A stretch of DNA of 63,524 nucleotides, counting the filler, from Basidiobolus ranarum (lineage: Eukaryota): the NCBI GenBank assembly GCA_040143965.1. It is 40 parts of 40 records of this genome, joined end to end, with 100 filler letters (N's around TTAATTAATTAA, not from the genome) between each part and the next. Parts side by side here need not be neighbours in the genome. Positions count along the whole stretch, not along the records: positions 12,777 to 14,271 come from JASJQH010005010.1; positions 14,372 to 15,865 come from JASJQH010005011.1; positions 15,966 to 17,459 come from JASJQH010005012.1; positions 17,560 to 19,053 come from JASJQH010005013.1; positions 19,154 to 20,646 come from JASJQH010005014.1; positions 20,747 to 22,239 come from JASJQH010005015.1; positions 22,340 to 23,832 come from JASJQH010005016.1; 33 more parts are not named here. One strand, given 5' to 3'. Under the pieces are notes generated by a model. It saw nothing but the letters and a program-made list of their open reading frames with translations, ran no database searches and had not been told where the DNA came from. This document shows, in pieces, positions 12,677 to 23,932 of this stretch. The stretch's first letter is position 1. Every line of letters starts with the position of its first letter. Both the position numbers and the translations under genes were made by a program.

Positions 12677-12776
12677 NNNNNNNNNNNNNNNNNNNNNNNN
12701 NNNNNNNNNNNNNNNNNNNNTTAATTAATTAANNNNNNNNNNNNNNNNNNNNNNNNNNNNNNNNNNNNNNNNNNNN

Positions 12777-13928
12777 CATCAGGTAACTTAATCAACTTCC
12801 AAGTTTGGTTATGTATCAGTGAGAGATACTCCTCTGCCTTTGCAGCACTCCAAAACTTTGTGTTGGGACTCCCCATAACCTCCTGTACTGATTTGGGCTC
12901 ATCAGAAAAGGCTAAATTAGCACTGGGCTCTTTTGACTGGTGTGAGAGTAGTAATCAGGTGAAGATCTCATCCAGATGGATCTCCTAAGATGGGCAATTG
13001 ACACCACAACTTCTGGAACCAATTAAGGCAATGAAACCACCTCAGGCTTGGCTGAGGAGACTGCAGTTGAAGAGTTTTGATGTTTTACCCACTGATCAGG
13101 ATCTGGTGAGAGAAAGAAGAATTTTTATCAATTTTTAGTTGTTTTTCTTGATCCCAGATTATTTTGATTGTAGAATTTTTGACTTCAGTAAATTCCATGT
13201 CCCTTGACTTGATTAGCCTCTTATTCTCAGTGTCATATAGTCTGTACCTTTTTGTTCCATCACAATATCCCAAAGAATGGCCTTTTTTGTCTTTTTTAGT
13301 CCAATTTTGATCTCTTCTGGTCTAGAATCATTGTATATGCCATACTTCCAAAAACTCTAAGATTAGACACATCAGATTTACTTCAAAACTAAGCTTGATA
13401 AGGTGTCACAGCCAATAAAAACCTAGAAGGACATCTATTCCTAATATATACAGCAGTTGCAATCAAGAACTGTTTTGTAAATCTTGATCATGAAACATTG
13501 TTCTTGCCTTTTGCATTATTAATCTGTTCACATGCTCTGCTACTCCATTCTGCTGTGAAGAAAATTGCACTGTACTCCACTGTTTTATCCCATGAGTTAG
13601 GCAGAAGTTAGAGAAGAGTTTCAAGGCATATTCCCCTCCATTATCAGTATGGAAAATCTTAATCTTTAGACCTATTTCATTCTCCGCCAGTGCTTTCAAA
13701 TTTCTTGAAGGTAGCAAAGGCTTCATCCTTACTAGCCAGAAAGTAAACCCAGTATACTTTTTCCTATCATCAATAAAGGGCATAAAATACCTTTTTCTGC
13801 CTAAGGATTTTGTCTGCATTGGGCCATATAGATCTGAGTGTATCAGGCCCAATATTTGAACAATTTTGCTCATTCCATAGCCCACAGGTGGCTGTCTGTG
13901 TTGCCTACCATATAGGCAACCTTCATAT
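12777..13928 (-). pseudogene. Decayed Copia integrase
   Basis: LIHSDLYGPM, HTDNGGEY, QQNGVAEHVNR, GYCDGTKRYRLYD. Confidence 0.93.
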
Positions 13929-13954
13929 TGTTAAAATTATATAGGGAGCAATAT

Positions 13955-14027
13955 TGGTCTGGCCAGGATTTGAACCTGGGACCTCCTTCAATCTAGCAAG
14001 GTGCTCTAACCACTGAGCTACCTGTCC
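13955..14027 (-). ncRNA. tRNA-like (pseudo-tRNA) Pol III cassette inside a putative LTR end
   Basis: GGACAGGTAGCTCAGTGGTTAGAGCACCTTGCTAGATTGAAGGAGGTCCCAGGTTCAAATCCTGGCCAGACCA. The D arm, T arm, A box and B box are intact. The acceptor stem has 2 mismatches and the anticodon stem has 1. Confidence 0.85.
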
Positions 14028-14381
14028 TTGTATGCTATGCCTATATTGCTAGGGAACCTTAACCTAGTCTGTCAATGTATGGTACTTTGGCATTTCAGCT
14101 TTACAAGCAACAGATTGGCCTTAGACTTTGTGTTCAGATGCAGTCACCATACTCTATATTTTCCTCTTTAGGAATTTTTGCTTGTACCACAAGTCACCAG
14201 ACTTTCAACACATATACCCCAGATCCAGTGGAATTACAAAATTTATTCCCAAAACCATCTTGTCTTTGTTTNNNNNNNNNNNNNNNNNNNNNNNNNNNNN
14301 NNNNNNNNNNNNNNNTTAATTAATTAANNNNNNNNNNNNNNNNNNNNNNNNNNNNNNNNNNNNNNNNNNNNTGAGTGGCAG

Positions 14382-14620
14382 TTTTGAAGTTTATTGTCTT
14401 TATCATTTTTGTTATCTCTATCTTTATACATCTAACTATTTCATATATCACATATAAGTTAGTTAACATTACTTACACAAATATCACTTAGCTGAAAATT
14501 GGAAATATATTATATGTATATATGAATTATGTGAGAATTAGCAATTCCATATTGGAAATTTCAAACTCATCCAAGTTGCCCCAAAGATAGTTCATTTTAC
14601 TCCCACAGATGTTCTGAACA
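14382..14620 (+). mobile_element. LTR family C, preceded by PPT-like TGAGTGGCAG
   Basis: Homologous to 39497 onward, 31890-32012 (-), 45981-46087 and ~57090-57187. The 3' boundary is uncertain. Confidence 0.7.
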
Positions 14621-14759
14621 TAACCCTAGTGTTAGTTTTCTGTATTTTCACCAAAAGTATAAATGCTTTATTTTTGGACAATAAACAATTTTCTCACAAA
14701 GCTATTAACAACTCCACTTTTAAGAAGTTCCGCCAAATAGCCCATATTTTCCCAATATA

Positions 14760-15532
14760 TCCAACACCTGGCATCTCTCAACAAGCCAACACCAGCAAAT
14801 ACAACTCATGGCTCTCCAATCACAACTGGTATTTTCAAAGTGTTGAAATTAGCCTCAAAGTTAAAGGCAAGCAAAAAGCCACACAAACACTGCAAAGCAC
14901 TCTCAGTAGTGTCACACTACAATGATGTACAAAAATAGTCAAAGTGCTTGAGGAGTATTTTCAAAAGTATGAGGGGAAAACACAGTGCAAGTATGCAGAA
15001 AGTGGCTTCAAAAGAAGAACATTCAACTTGACATTCAGACTGGTGTTGACCATGCAGATATTTGGTAAGAACTTAATACAGAATGGCACAATATTGCAGG
15101 GTATCCACCAGATAGCTGGAAGAATGTTGATTCAGCAACATTAATATAATGGTGAGCTTTGATTGAGATATTGATACAAGCTTGTGTTGGGTATGAGCTA
15201 AACCTTGGGTACAAAGAACTCGATAAAAATATTCAGGAGAATATGTCAAAGGACTAGGGATTTTGAAGGTGGCAAATTAGCTTTCAAGTGGTAATTGTTT
15301 AAAATTTGAGTTACATTTTTTGCACATGTGTTGATTCATAGTTCTCTGAGATTGTAGCCAATCATGCATAACTATTTTGCAAGATCTGGAAATTTCACTC
15401 TAGAAACTGAAAAAACTGATTAAAATCAAATTTAACTTGATGATTTTATGATGGTAAATATATGGTCTATACCAAATGGATTGAAATTGTGATGGTTTCC
15501 CTGCAATAACAATCCTCATGTTTCTGTTAGGG
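14760..15532 (+). mobile_element. CACTA-type element, accessory-ORF end with terminus ...TTTCTGTTAGGG
   Basis: Homologous to 57288-58153. It ends in the reverse complement of CCCTAACAGAAA and abuts Copia sequence. Confidence 0.8.
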
Positions 15533-15865
15533 GAATTTTCATCAATTTTTGGTTGTTTTTGTTGATCCTGGATTGGTTTAATTGAAAAATTTTCTTCTTC
15601 AGCAAATTTCACATCCCTTGACTTGATTAGCCTCTTATTTCCAGTGTCATATAGTCTGTACCCCTTTGTTGCATTGCAATATGCCAAAAAAAGACATTGA
15701 TGGCTTTTTTGGTCTCATTTTGATCTCTTCTGGTTTGGAATCATTGCATATGCGGTACTTCCAAAAACTTTGAGATTAGCCACATCAGATTTACTTCCAA
15801 ACCAAGCTTGATAAGGTGTCATAGCCAATAGAGACCTAAAAGGACATCTATTCCTGATATATACT
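15533..15865 (-). pseudogene. Copia post-integrase (SH3-like) fragment
   Basis: AYCNATKGYRLYDTGNKRLIKSRDVKFAE. Confidence 0.88.
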
Positions 15866-16431
15866 NNNNNNNNNNNNNNNNNNNNNNNNNNNNNNNNNNN
15901 NNNNNNNNNTTAATTAATTAANNNNNNNNNNNNNNNNNNNNNNNNNNNNNNNNNNNNNNNNNNNNGAATTATAAGATAACTAAATACTAAGCTATATATG
16001 ACTATATAGGTGTTTAGGCAATGCTAATTTCAACAGATATATCCAAAATGTAAGTATAAATATATATATATATATATACTTCTAATACAAAACCAGAGAT
16101 GATGAGAAACGAAATTAGATTTATTTCTTGTCTGGGATTTCATATATTGATTGTAGTGAAGTTCGAATTCGAAGGTCCTGAAGTAGGATAGGATTAATCT
16201 GGTACGCATAGTACAGTACAGAGAAGGAATGGTATGGTATGGGCATGACTAAAATCATAGGAAATGAAGGCGATAGAATGTGGAATAAAACATGTATACA
16301 ATACAACAAGAATAAGCTGATCAAGATGTTACAAGCTGACAGAGAACAAAACCATATATAATAATAATATGCAATTCACCGAAATATATAAAATACTACA
16401 CTGCTTGTAGTATACGGAACTCCTAGCATCC

Positions 16432-17459
16432 TCATATACCATCCGTATCGCTCAAATCATTGACATTCACTCCTACAACCACGTTATTCACATGGTGAAG
16501 CTGATTTACATGATCAACTGTATCAACTGTCTGGTGAAGGATTTGCGATTTGTAGAGGGTCTCGTCAATGTCGTTAGGATCACTCACTCCAATCCCAACA
16601 CTTTGGGTCAATTGAAAATCAGACATGGCCTATAGAGTGCACTTAGTTATCATTCTTGGTGGTAGAAGGATAGAACATTGACTTACTACAGGGATATCAA
16701 CCGTATCCAGATGTGCGACGGTAAGGAAGAAAGCCTTTTCTAGTTTATAGACTGTAATCATGGTTACTAACGGTAAGAACGAGAGTATTACTAGTTATGA
16801 TTTCACCTGTGTCTCCATGATAATAGTTGGCAATAGCGGTAATTTCACAGCTCTCAGCATCCATTCCAGGCGTTCCGGTTAGTATGTTGTTTTCCCAGTA
16901 CAACCAATCCGGAAGCCATGGGGAGTGAAAAACAACCTTAGGTGCTATAGTATACTAGTTAGCGAATGGACTCTCTCTACAGACTAAATGCAAACATACA
17001 TCTCATTTGAGGGTCCCAAACACGCGGGCCCCATATATACTTCAGTCCGATGTAGGCTACTTTTGGAGGAATTCCGGCAATCTTTCGAGTGAATTCTCTA
17101 AAGATCCAGCCACCAGTTGGTATCTTTTTAGCTTCGATATTCCATACATGGTTTCCTTTTGATTTGGCTTTTTTACCATCTTCATTGAACCGGCTGATAT
17201 ATCTACAAGGTTTCTTTTCATTAATGCTAGCGGTGAGGGTCATATCAATTTGAATGGGCATACCTTTGATTCCACAAGTAGATTTTCACTTTTCTTAGAG
17301 GTAATATGTCTTCTGTAAAGCCTTGACGGACCAACTCCTCCTGAAAAGCGGTAGTGAATGCCTGAAAACGGAATTTGAACGGTCGAAAATCTGGAGATTC
17401 GTCAAGTTTGGGCATTTTGTTGGGCATTTAGGTTTGTTGTCGGGAAAGGAGTGCGTTGT
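16432..17459 (-). CDS. Conserved fungal protein of unknown function, 5'-truncated, 5 exons visible
   Basis: GT-AG splicing joins PFKFRFQAFTTAF..KVKIYLWNQR/YISRFNEDGKKAKSKGNHVWNIEAKK..RVWDPQMR/SPKVVFHSPWLPDWLYWENNILTGTP../VYKLEKAFFLTV../AMSDFQ..DGI*. CpG is retained. Confidence 0.85.
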
Positions 17460-17559
17460 NNNNNNNNNNNNNNNNNNNNNNNNNNNNNNNNNNNNNNNNN
17501 NNNTTAATTAATTAANNNNNNNNNNNNNNNNNNNNNNNNNNNNNNNNNNNNNNNNNNNN

Positions 17560-19008
17560 CTGAATGACATTGTTCTCATGCTTTCTCCAAAATTGAACAA
17601 GACGTCTCTTGATTTCAGTCTCTTCGTCGGTCCTATTAATTACACGTATTAAATCTACAGTTAATGAATAATAAAACTAATAACAAACTTACCATTCTTT
17701 CGTTATCTCATCAAACTCATTACTGAACTTGAGTGTAGCCTTATTCAATACTGAAGTAGATGAGTCAATTGGTGCGGCAGTATTGTTGGAATTACTCGGT
17801 GGAGCGTTCGAATCTTGAGCAGGAGGGCTTTTAGAACAGGCTGATTGAGATTGGGAAGCCTGAGCTGTGACAGGTGTCAATGGAGGTGTGATGTCAACAT
17901 TTGAGACATTATTAGAACCAGCTTCTCTACCATATGTCTCATGCAAATCGCTTTGAGAGCTCTGGGGCGAAAAAAGAGAAGACTCGTGGGTCAATTCATT
18001 AAGATCTAAGTTCAGAAGAATTAGTAATATTACCGAGTAATAATAGGCAGAGATAAGATTACCGTTCCGAAATCCGCTGGTCTGACCTAAGCTCAAATTA
18101 GAACTCTTCATACACATATTCTCTGCGCCAAAGGTAAACTTGAAATCTTGCTCCTCGGATAAGGGCGTTAGCTCATTTTCTAGGGTCAAAGAAGTATTAG
18201 AAAGCGTGATCCTTGTATCAAAGATTGAAGTTGCCAAGTACCTCGTGATTTTGTAGTGTTCAATGTAGCTTGAATATTGTCAGTGAGATTGCTTGGGGCT
18301 ATATCGGACAACATGTTGGTGATAGAGCTTTGAAAGTTATTTGTCAGCATAGACTCTATGCTATTTTGATAAGAGTTCATTGAACTTTGAATGCTATTTT
18401 GGAGAGTGTTGTTCATTTGGCTAGGCTCGCTCATGTAAACTCCATGAGAGTTGAAATTATCGGTCAAAGTAGAATTTTGATCGAGTAGTCCGTCTAAAGA
18501 TAATTTGATAAATAATAGGTAAGCCCAACTGCAAGCGAATTTTCATAGATAACCAATAAACTAACTAGATAACTGCCCACCATCGTTGTATTTGTATTCA
18601 CCAAAATACCAACTATCCAAGACAACTCCTTGTTCCACCGCTAAAATGCATACAGGGACCTTGGGAGTGAACCATTTGGTTTCCACAAATTCTGGAATAG
18701 ATGCGGTCAAAGTAGTATAACCATGGGCGTTCCACTGTTTCGTGTTTACAACATGAGTTCCGAAGCCGAGCTTGAGCTGCTCCTTTGGACAGAACTGCAG
18801 AACAACTGTAAAAGGCATCCCCTCCATTCCCCCTCGGGGATAATACTGCAACACCCGTGGCCGCGGGATATTTCTAAGTTGGATTGGATCTAGTTGTGAG
18901 GTATCGGCGCAATCTAGGAGATGCATTATTCGTTAGTATTTAAATGTGAAGCTCTACTAAAGAGAATAGCACGCAACCAAAATAGCACTTACTTGAGTTA
19001 AGCATCAT
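17560..19008 (-). CDS. Medusa/MedA-like transcriptional regulator, 3'-truncated, at least 6 exons
   Basis: ATG at 19008 and five short, phase-consistent GT-AG introns (first 18914-18992 with a CTAAC branch point). KATLKFSNEFDEITKEW/TDEETEIKRRLVQFWRKHENNVI matches the start of the Medusa conserved domain. There is an N-terminal beta-rich (IPT-like) segment. Confidence 0.78.
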
Positions 19009-19153
19009 GATTCTGTAGCTATATGAAATACAAACTTCAGAAGTTGAATAGGTNNNNNNNNNNNNNNNNNNNNNNNNNNNNNNNNNNNNNNNNNNNNTTA
19101 ATTAATTAANNNNNNNNNNNNNNNNNNNNNNNNNNNNNNNNNNNNNNNNNNNN

Positions 19154-19335
19154 CATACCCTTTGACTTGTTCACATACCCTTGGACTTGTTCACATACCC
19201 TTTGACTTGTTCACATACCCTTCGACCATATTATAATACAAACCATTATAATAAATATATTGTATACCATACCCTTCGACCGTATTATGATACAAATCAA
19301 TATACTAAATATACACTCTATACCATACTCCTTGG
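19154..19335 (+). repeat. Short tandem repeats (CATACCCTTTGACTTGTTCA, ~20 bp x3, then ~54-bp duplicates)
   Basis: Directly visible at the start of the contig. Confidence 0.85.
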
Positions 19336-19799
19336 CACACATACTTTTCGCATGTCCCTAACCCATTTGTTAATGACGCTAATCTGGAACTCATTTGTAC
19401 ATCGGTACAAGTGATGAATGCGCCAAATCAGTAGTAATATTTGGTCACTTAAAATATGACCTTGTTATTTCCCACATAATTGGCTACAAACTTGAGTGAA
19501 TTAAAACCGCATCAGCAAATAGTATTTCTAGTTAGGTTAGAATTCAAAACAAGTCACCGTACATAAACAAGTTGACAAGGAACCCGGGTTTGATACATCA
19601 ATGCCAGTATCAACATGATTGGATCAGTTAGTCCTCCAAAGCAGGTATTTATTGCTCAGCTTACATGACCTAACTAATCGATTGTGGCTTAGCTTAATCC
19701 TTTGTGACTTGATACAGGAATGTTATCACATATTGTGCTAAACACTTTACAGCAACAAGACCAGTGAAGGGTAGATGCTCCTAGAATATTCTACATGGT

Positions 19800-20646
19800 T
19801 AGGGTGGTATGGGAAACACTGATAGCAAAGTCTACGAAAAGGTATACACTGCTGATATGTGACAAACTGTACGATCATACAAAACGTTGGGTTTGGAAGG
19901 GCAGTTAAAGGAGAATGAGTCTACGAAGTGGTAAAGAATTGCTAAAGACTACTGAGAAACGACAAAAGGTACGGTGATGACCAACGAAGGGTTTGGTAAA
20001 AATTTAAAGGAGAGTGCACGAAGCGCAAAAGACTGCTCACAAGTGATAAGAGTATGGTGCAGGTGCTGGAATAACGGGTATGGCAAACACTTAAAGGAAA
20101 GTTTACGTAGTGCTAGAGGCTAGTGGAAACAGAGTCTAGAAACAATGGGTATGGGAAACACTTAATATTGAGTTTAAAAAGTGCTAGAGATAACTGACAT
20201 GTGATAAATGACGTGGTGTTAAAAAGTGCTAGAGGCAACTGAAATATGATAAATGATATGGTACCGTGAAAAGACGGGTATGGAAAACATTTAAAGCGGA
20301 GGCTACAAAGCGCTAAAGACTACTGATAAATGATAAGGGGTATGGTGGCAGGAAACGATAGATATGGGAAACACTTAAAAGAGAGTCTTAGAGGTGCTAA
20401 CGACTACTGACAAATGATAAGGCGTATGATTCCGAGAAACAACGGGTATGGAGAACTTCAAGGGGAGTCTACTAAGGGTTAGAGATTGATGACAAATGAT
20501 GAAGGGTATGATGCCGACAAACAATGGGTATGAGAAAAACTTACTAACAAATGACAAAGGGTATGAGCCAAGAAACAAGCAGTATGGGAAACACTTAACG
20601 CAGAGTTTACGAAGTGCTAAAGTCTACTGAAAAAAGCCAAGGGTAA
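19800..20646. repeat. Degenerate ~80-bp minisatellite (GGGTATGGGAAACACTTAA...AGTGCTAAAGACTACTGA...)
   Basis: The core motif recurs about ten times (near 19805, 19885, 19985, 20075, 20145, 20275, 20360, 20443, 20525, 20580). There is no long ORF. Confidence 0.8.
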
Positions 20647-21055
20647 NNNNNNNNNNNNNNNNNNNNNNNNNNNNNNNNNNNNNNNNNNNNTTAATTAATT
20701 AANNNNNNNNNNNNNNNNNNNNNNNNNNNNNNNNNNNNNNNNNNNNACAACGCCTTTCATCATCACGCAATGAGAAAGCATTAAAATCAACTCAGGTGAA
20801 AGCGGCCAAGTACCTTTTTAATTATCCTTTAATTCAATTAACCATTAAAAATCTAGTCACAAGGTATCCAGTGAATTTGATTCATGCTCTGAACTTCATA
20901 CTATTAATACTGTTGTCAACTTGATTCCCCTCTACTTGAAATCATTTACGAGACACTTTCGTATTACTTCACAGCAAAGCTACAGTGCTCGCAAGTAGTA
21001 ATTATATATCATAAGGACGAAAAAAAAATCCAGACCTGTCACCACTGATATCCAA

Positions 21056-22239
21056 ATGCAAGGTCTTCTGGATATTGAGGTTGTGGTGGTTGGTGATGAG
21101 ATAGACAGCTTGATTCTGGTAGAGGAACTGCTCAACTTAGGTATCCGGTGTAGAGCTTTTGGTAAGTTGGGAATTTCTTTGAAGTTGGTAATACTTGGCA
21201 TAACCCCTTTATTTCATAGCTATCACACCTTCGACCTCATTTCCACAACTGACTCTACATGCACGTACTCTCGAGATTCTTGACCAAATGAATGTACTTT
21301 CGTTATTTACTGAAAATGCTATCAAATCTACTGCGATGAAGTTCTGCACCTCTCCTTCTGGCCAAGTAACTAAAGTTTCCCTTGATGGACTTCAGAACAC
21401 TACCGAGCACCCTTATTTTTTGAGTATGAATTCTGCAAAAGTGAAGAATAGATTTGAAGAGCATTTGAGGGATGCTAGAAATTTTACTGTAGAAAAGATA
21501 AGTGATGTCTTGGAGATCCACAACGATGACGAAATCAAACTGACTGTTGAAACAACTCCTGGAATGATTGAAGAAATTAAAGCCAAGTATTTGGTTCTCT
21601 GTACCTCCAGCCAGGAACTTTACAAGAAAATTGGCATCGAAATATCCCCAAGTCAGGATTCAAGAAGGAGCTACTGGGGTGTTGAGGCGGTTGTAGAACT
21701 GGACATACCAGATCCGCACGAGCCAACGTAAGATATAACTGTTTCTTAGAATGTTGAGTTTGTAGAATGCTTATCAAATTTGTATTGCTCTACAAAATAT
21801 AGAGTTATATGGAGCAATGAGGGTTCGCTATCAATTGTAAAGGTAGCACCCGAGGATAGATATCTTTTACTGTTAGATATCGATGGAGACCCCCGGAATA
21901 CAATGACCATCGAAGAGTTCAAGACATTGACAAATCAGTATTCAAAACCTTTCAAGCTTATCTTCAATTCCGTAGATTGGCTGCGAAAGTTTACAAGCTT
22001 GGAATACAAGAACTCTCGCTATTCCCAAGGAAGTATACTTTTTTGTGGTAAGGCAACCTACTCTCAAAACCCCATGGAGTCCAGTAGGGACTTGAATCGA
22101 GGAATTCAAGATGTACATAACTTAGCTTGGAAATTGAATTTGATATTACGTGGATTTGGAAAGGACTCTGTAATTCTCGAAACTTATTCCCAGGAAAGAA
22201 GCCCTATTATCGAAACCCTACCAAATATTACAAACCGTG
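21056..22239 (+). CDS. FAD-dependent monooxygenase homolog (phenol hydroxylase/UbiH-like, FAD_binding_3) with degenerate FAD motifs, 3'-truncated
   Basis: Introns 21162-21219 and 21728-21802 give an open frame. HARTLEILDQM, LNRGIQDVHNLAWKL and LETYSQERSPI are family signatures. Confidence 0.88.
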
Positions 22240-22339
22240 NNNNNNNNNNNNNNNNNNNNNNNNNNNNNNNNNNNNNNNNNNNNTTAATTAATTAANNNNN
22301 NNNNNNNNNNNNNNNNNNNNNNNNNNNNNNNNNNNNNNN

Positions 22340-23653
22340 TGTATCTAGGTTGATTCAGAGTAACAGGTTTGCTCAATATATCTGTATAGATCTGCAGACC
22401 TAACAAGTATGGAAGTTCACCTATATTGGTCATCTTGAATTGGACTGATAGATCTCTTTTGGTGTTCCTGGGAGCTTCATCATTATTGGTAGCTATAATC
22501 AGATCTTCCACATATAAGGCAAGTAGCACCTTACTCTCCTTATCTGTCTTAAAGTAGATCCCAAAGTCTGCTGCACTCTTTTGGAAATCAAGTTATTCCA
22601 AGTATGTGTCTATCTTAGTGTGCCAGGCCCTGGGTGATTGTTTAAGTCCATAAAGCTATTTTTGTAGCTTACACATGTCCTAACGGTGCTCAGGATCCAC
22701 AAAGCCATCTGGTTGATCCATGAATATATCCTCTTCCAAGTGTCCATTCAAAAAGCAGTTTTAACATCCATTAGAAGGATTTTTAAGCTGTGTTTTGCTG
22801 CTACTGCTAGAATGGTTCTGATGGAATTAAACTTTGCTACAGGAACAAATGTTTCATTGTAGTCCACTCCTTCCATTTGAGAGTATCCTTTAGCCAAAAA
22901 TCCGGCTTTATATCTTTCTACAGATCTATCAACTAGCTGTTTAACTTTTAATACCCATTTGAATCAAATTGATTTTTGGTCATCACATAACTTACCCAAA
23001 GTCAAAGCTTGGTTGTCTATGAGAAACTGATACTCCTCTGCCATTGCAGCACTCCAAAACTTTGTATTGGGACTCTCCATAGCCTCCTGTACTGATTTGG
23101 GCTCATCAGAAAAGGCTATTAGCACTAGGCTCCTTTTAGTTAGTATGAGAGTAGTAATCAGGCAGAGAACTCATCAAATTGGATCTCCTAAGATGGGAAA
23201 TTGGCACTACAACTTCTGGTACCAGTTTAGGCAATTAAACCACCTCAGGCTTGGTTGAGGAGACTGCAGGTGAGGAATTTTCAATGTTTTTCTCACTGAT
23301 CAGGATCTGGTGAGAAAAAAAAGAATTTTCATCCATTTTTGGTTGTTTTTCTTGATCCTGGATTGTTTTGATTGAAAATTTTTCTTCTCCAGCAAATTTC
23401 ACATCCCTTGGCTTGAATAGCTTCTTATTTTCAGTGTCATATAGTCTGTACCCCTTTGTTCCATCACAATATCCCAAAAAAAGACATTACTGGCTTTTTT
23501 GGTCTAATTTTGATCTCTTCTGGTCCGGAATCATTGCATATGCGGTACTTCAAAAAATTCTGAATCAGGTTTACTTCCAAACCAAGCTTGTTAAGGTGTC
23601 ATAGCCAATAGAGACCTAGAAGGACATCTAATCCTAACATATACTGCAGTTGC
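22340..23653 (-). pseudogene. Decayed Copia post-integrase and reverse transcriptase
   Basis: GYCDGTKGYRLYD, ERYKAGFLAKGYSQMEGVDYNETF, LYVEDLIIA. Confidence 0.93.
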
Positions 23654-23932
23654 TGTTGAAATTAGCATTGCCTAAACACCTATATAGTCATATATAGCTT
23701 AGTACTTAGTTATCTTGTAACTCACTAAGATATTATCAATTATTCTCAATTGGAATTTACTTAGAACATTTTTACCAACTTAGAAGTTCTCAGATATATA
23801 GATTTTTCAAACTTGTGCTAGAAGCCCCAAACNNNNNNNNNNNNNNNNNNNNNNNNNNNNNNNNNNNNNNNNNNNNTTAATTAATTAANNNNNNNNNNNN
23901 NNNNNNNNNNNNNNNNNNNNNNNNNNNNNNNN

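Noticed and set aside
13955-14027. Functional tRNA-Ser(AGA)
   Set aside because: It has two A-A mismatches in the acceptor stem, a G-G in the anticodon stem and no long variable arm, and it is embedded in a retroelement.
15966-19053. Treating the two adjacent minus-strand gene contigs as one gene
   Set aside because: They are separated by a linker, and the 16432-17459 peptide lacks the expected Medusa C-terminal motifs.
19800-20646. LRR-coding or CRISPR interpretation of the ~80-bp repeat
   Set aside because: The units are degenerate along their whole length with indels and stops. There is no constant repeat with unique spacers and no sustained ORF.
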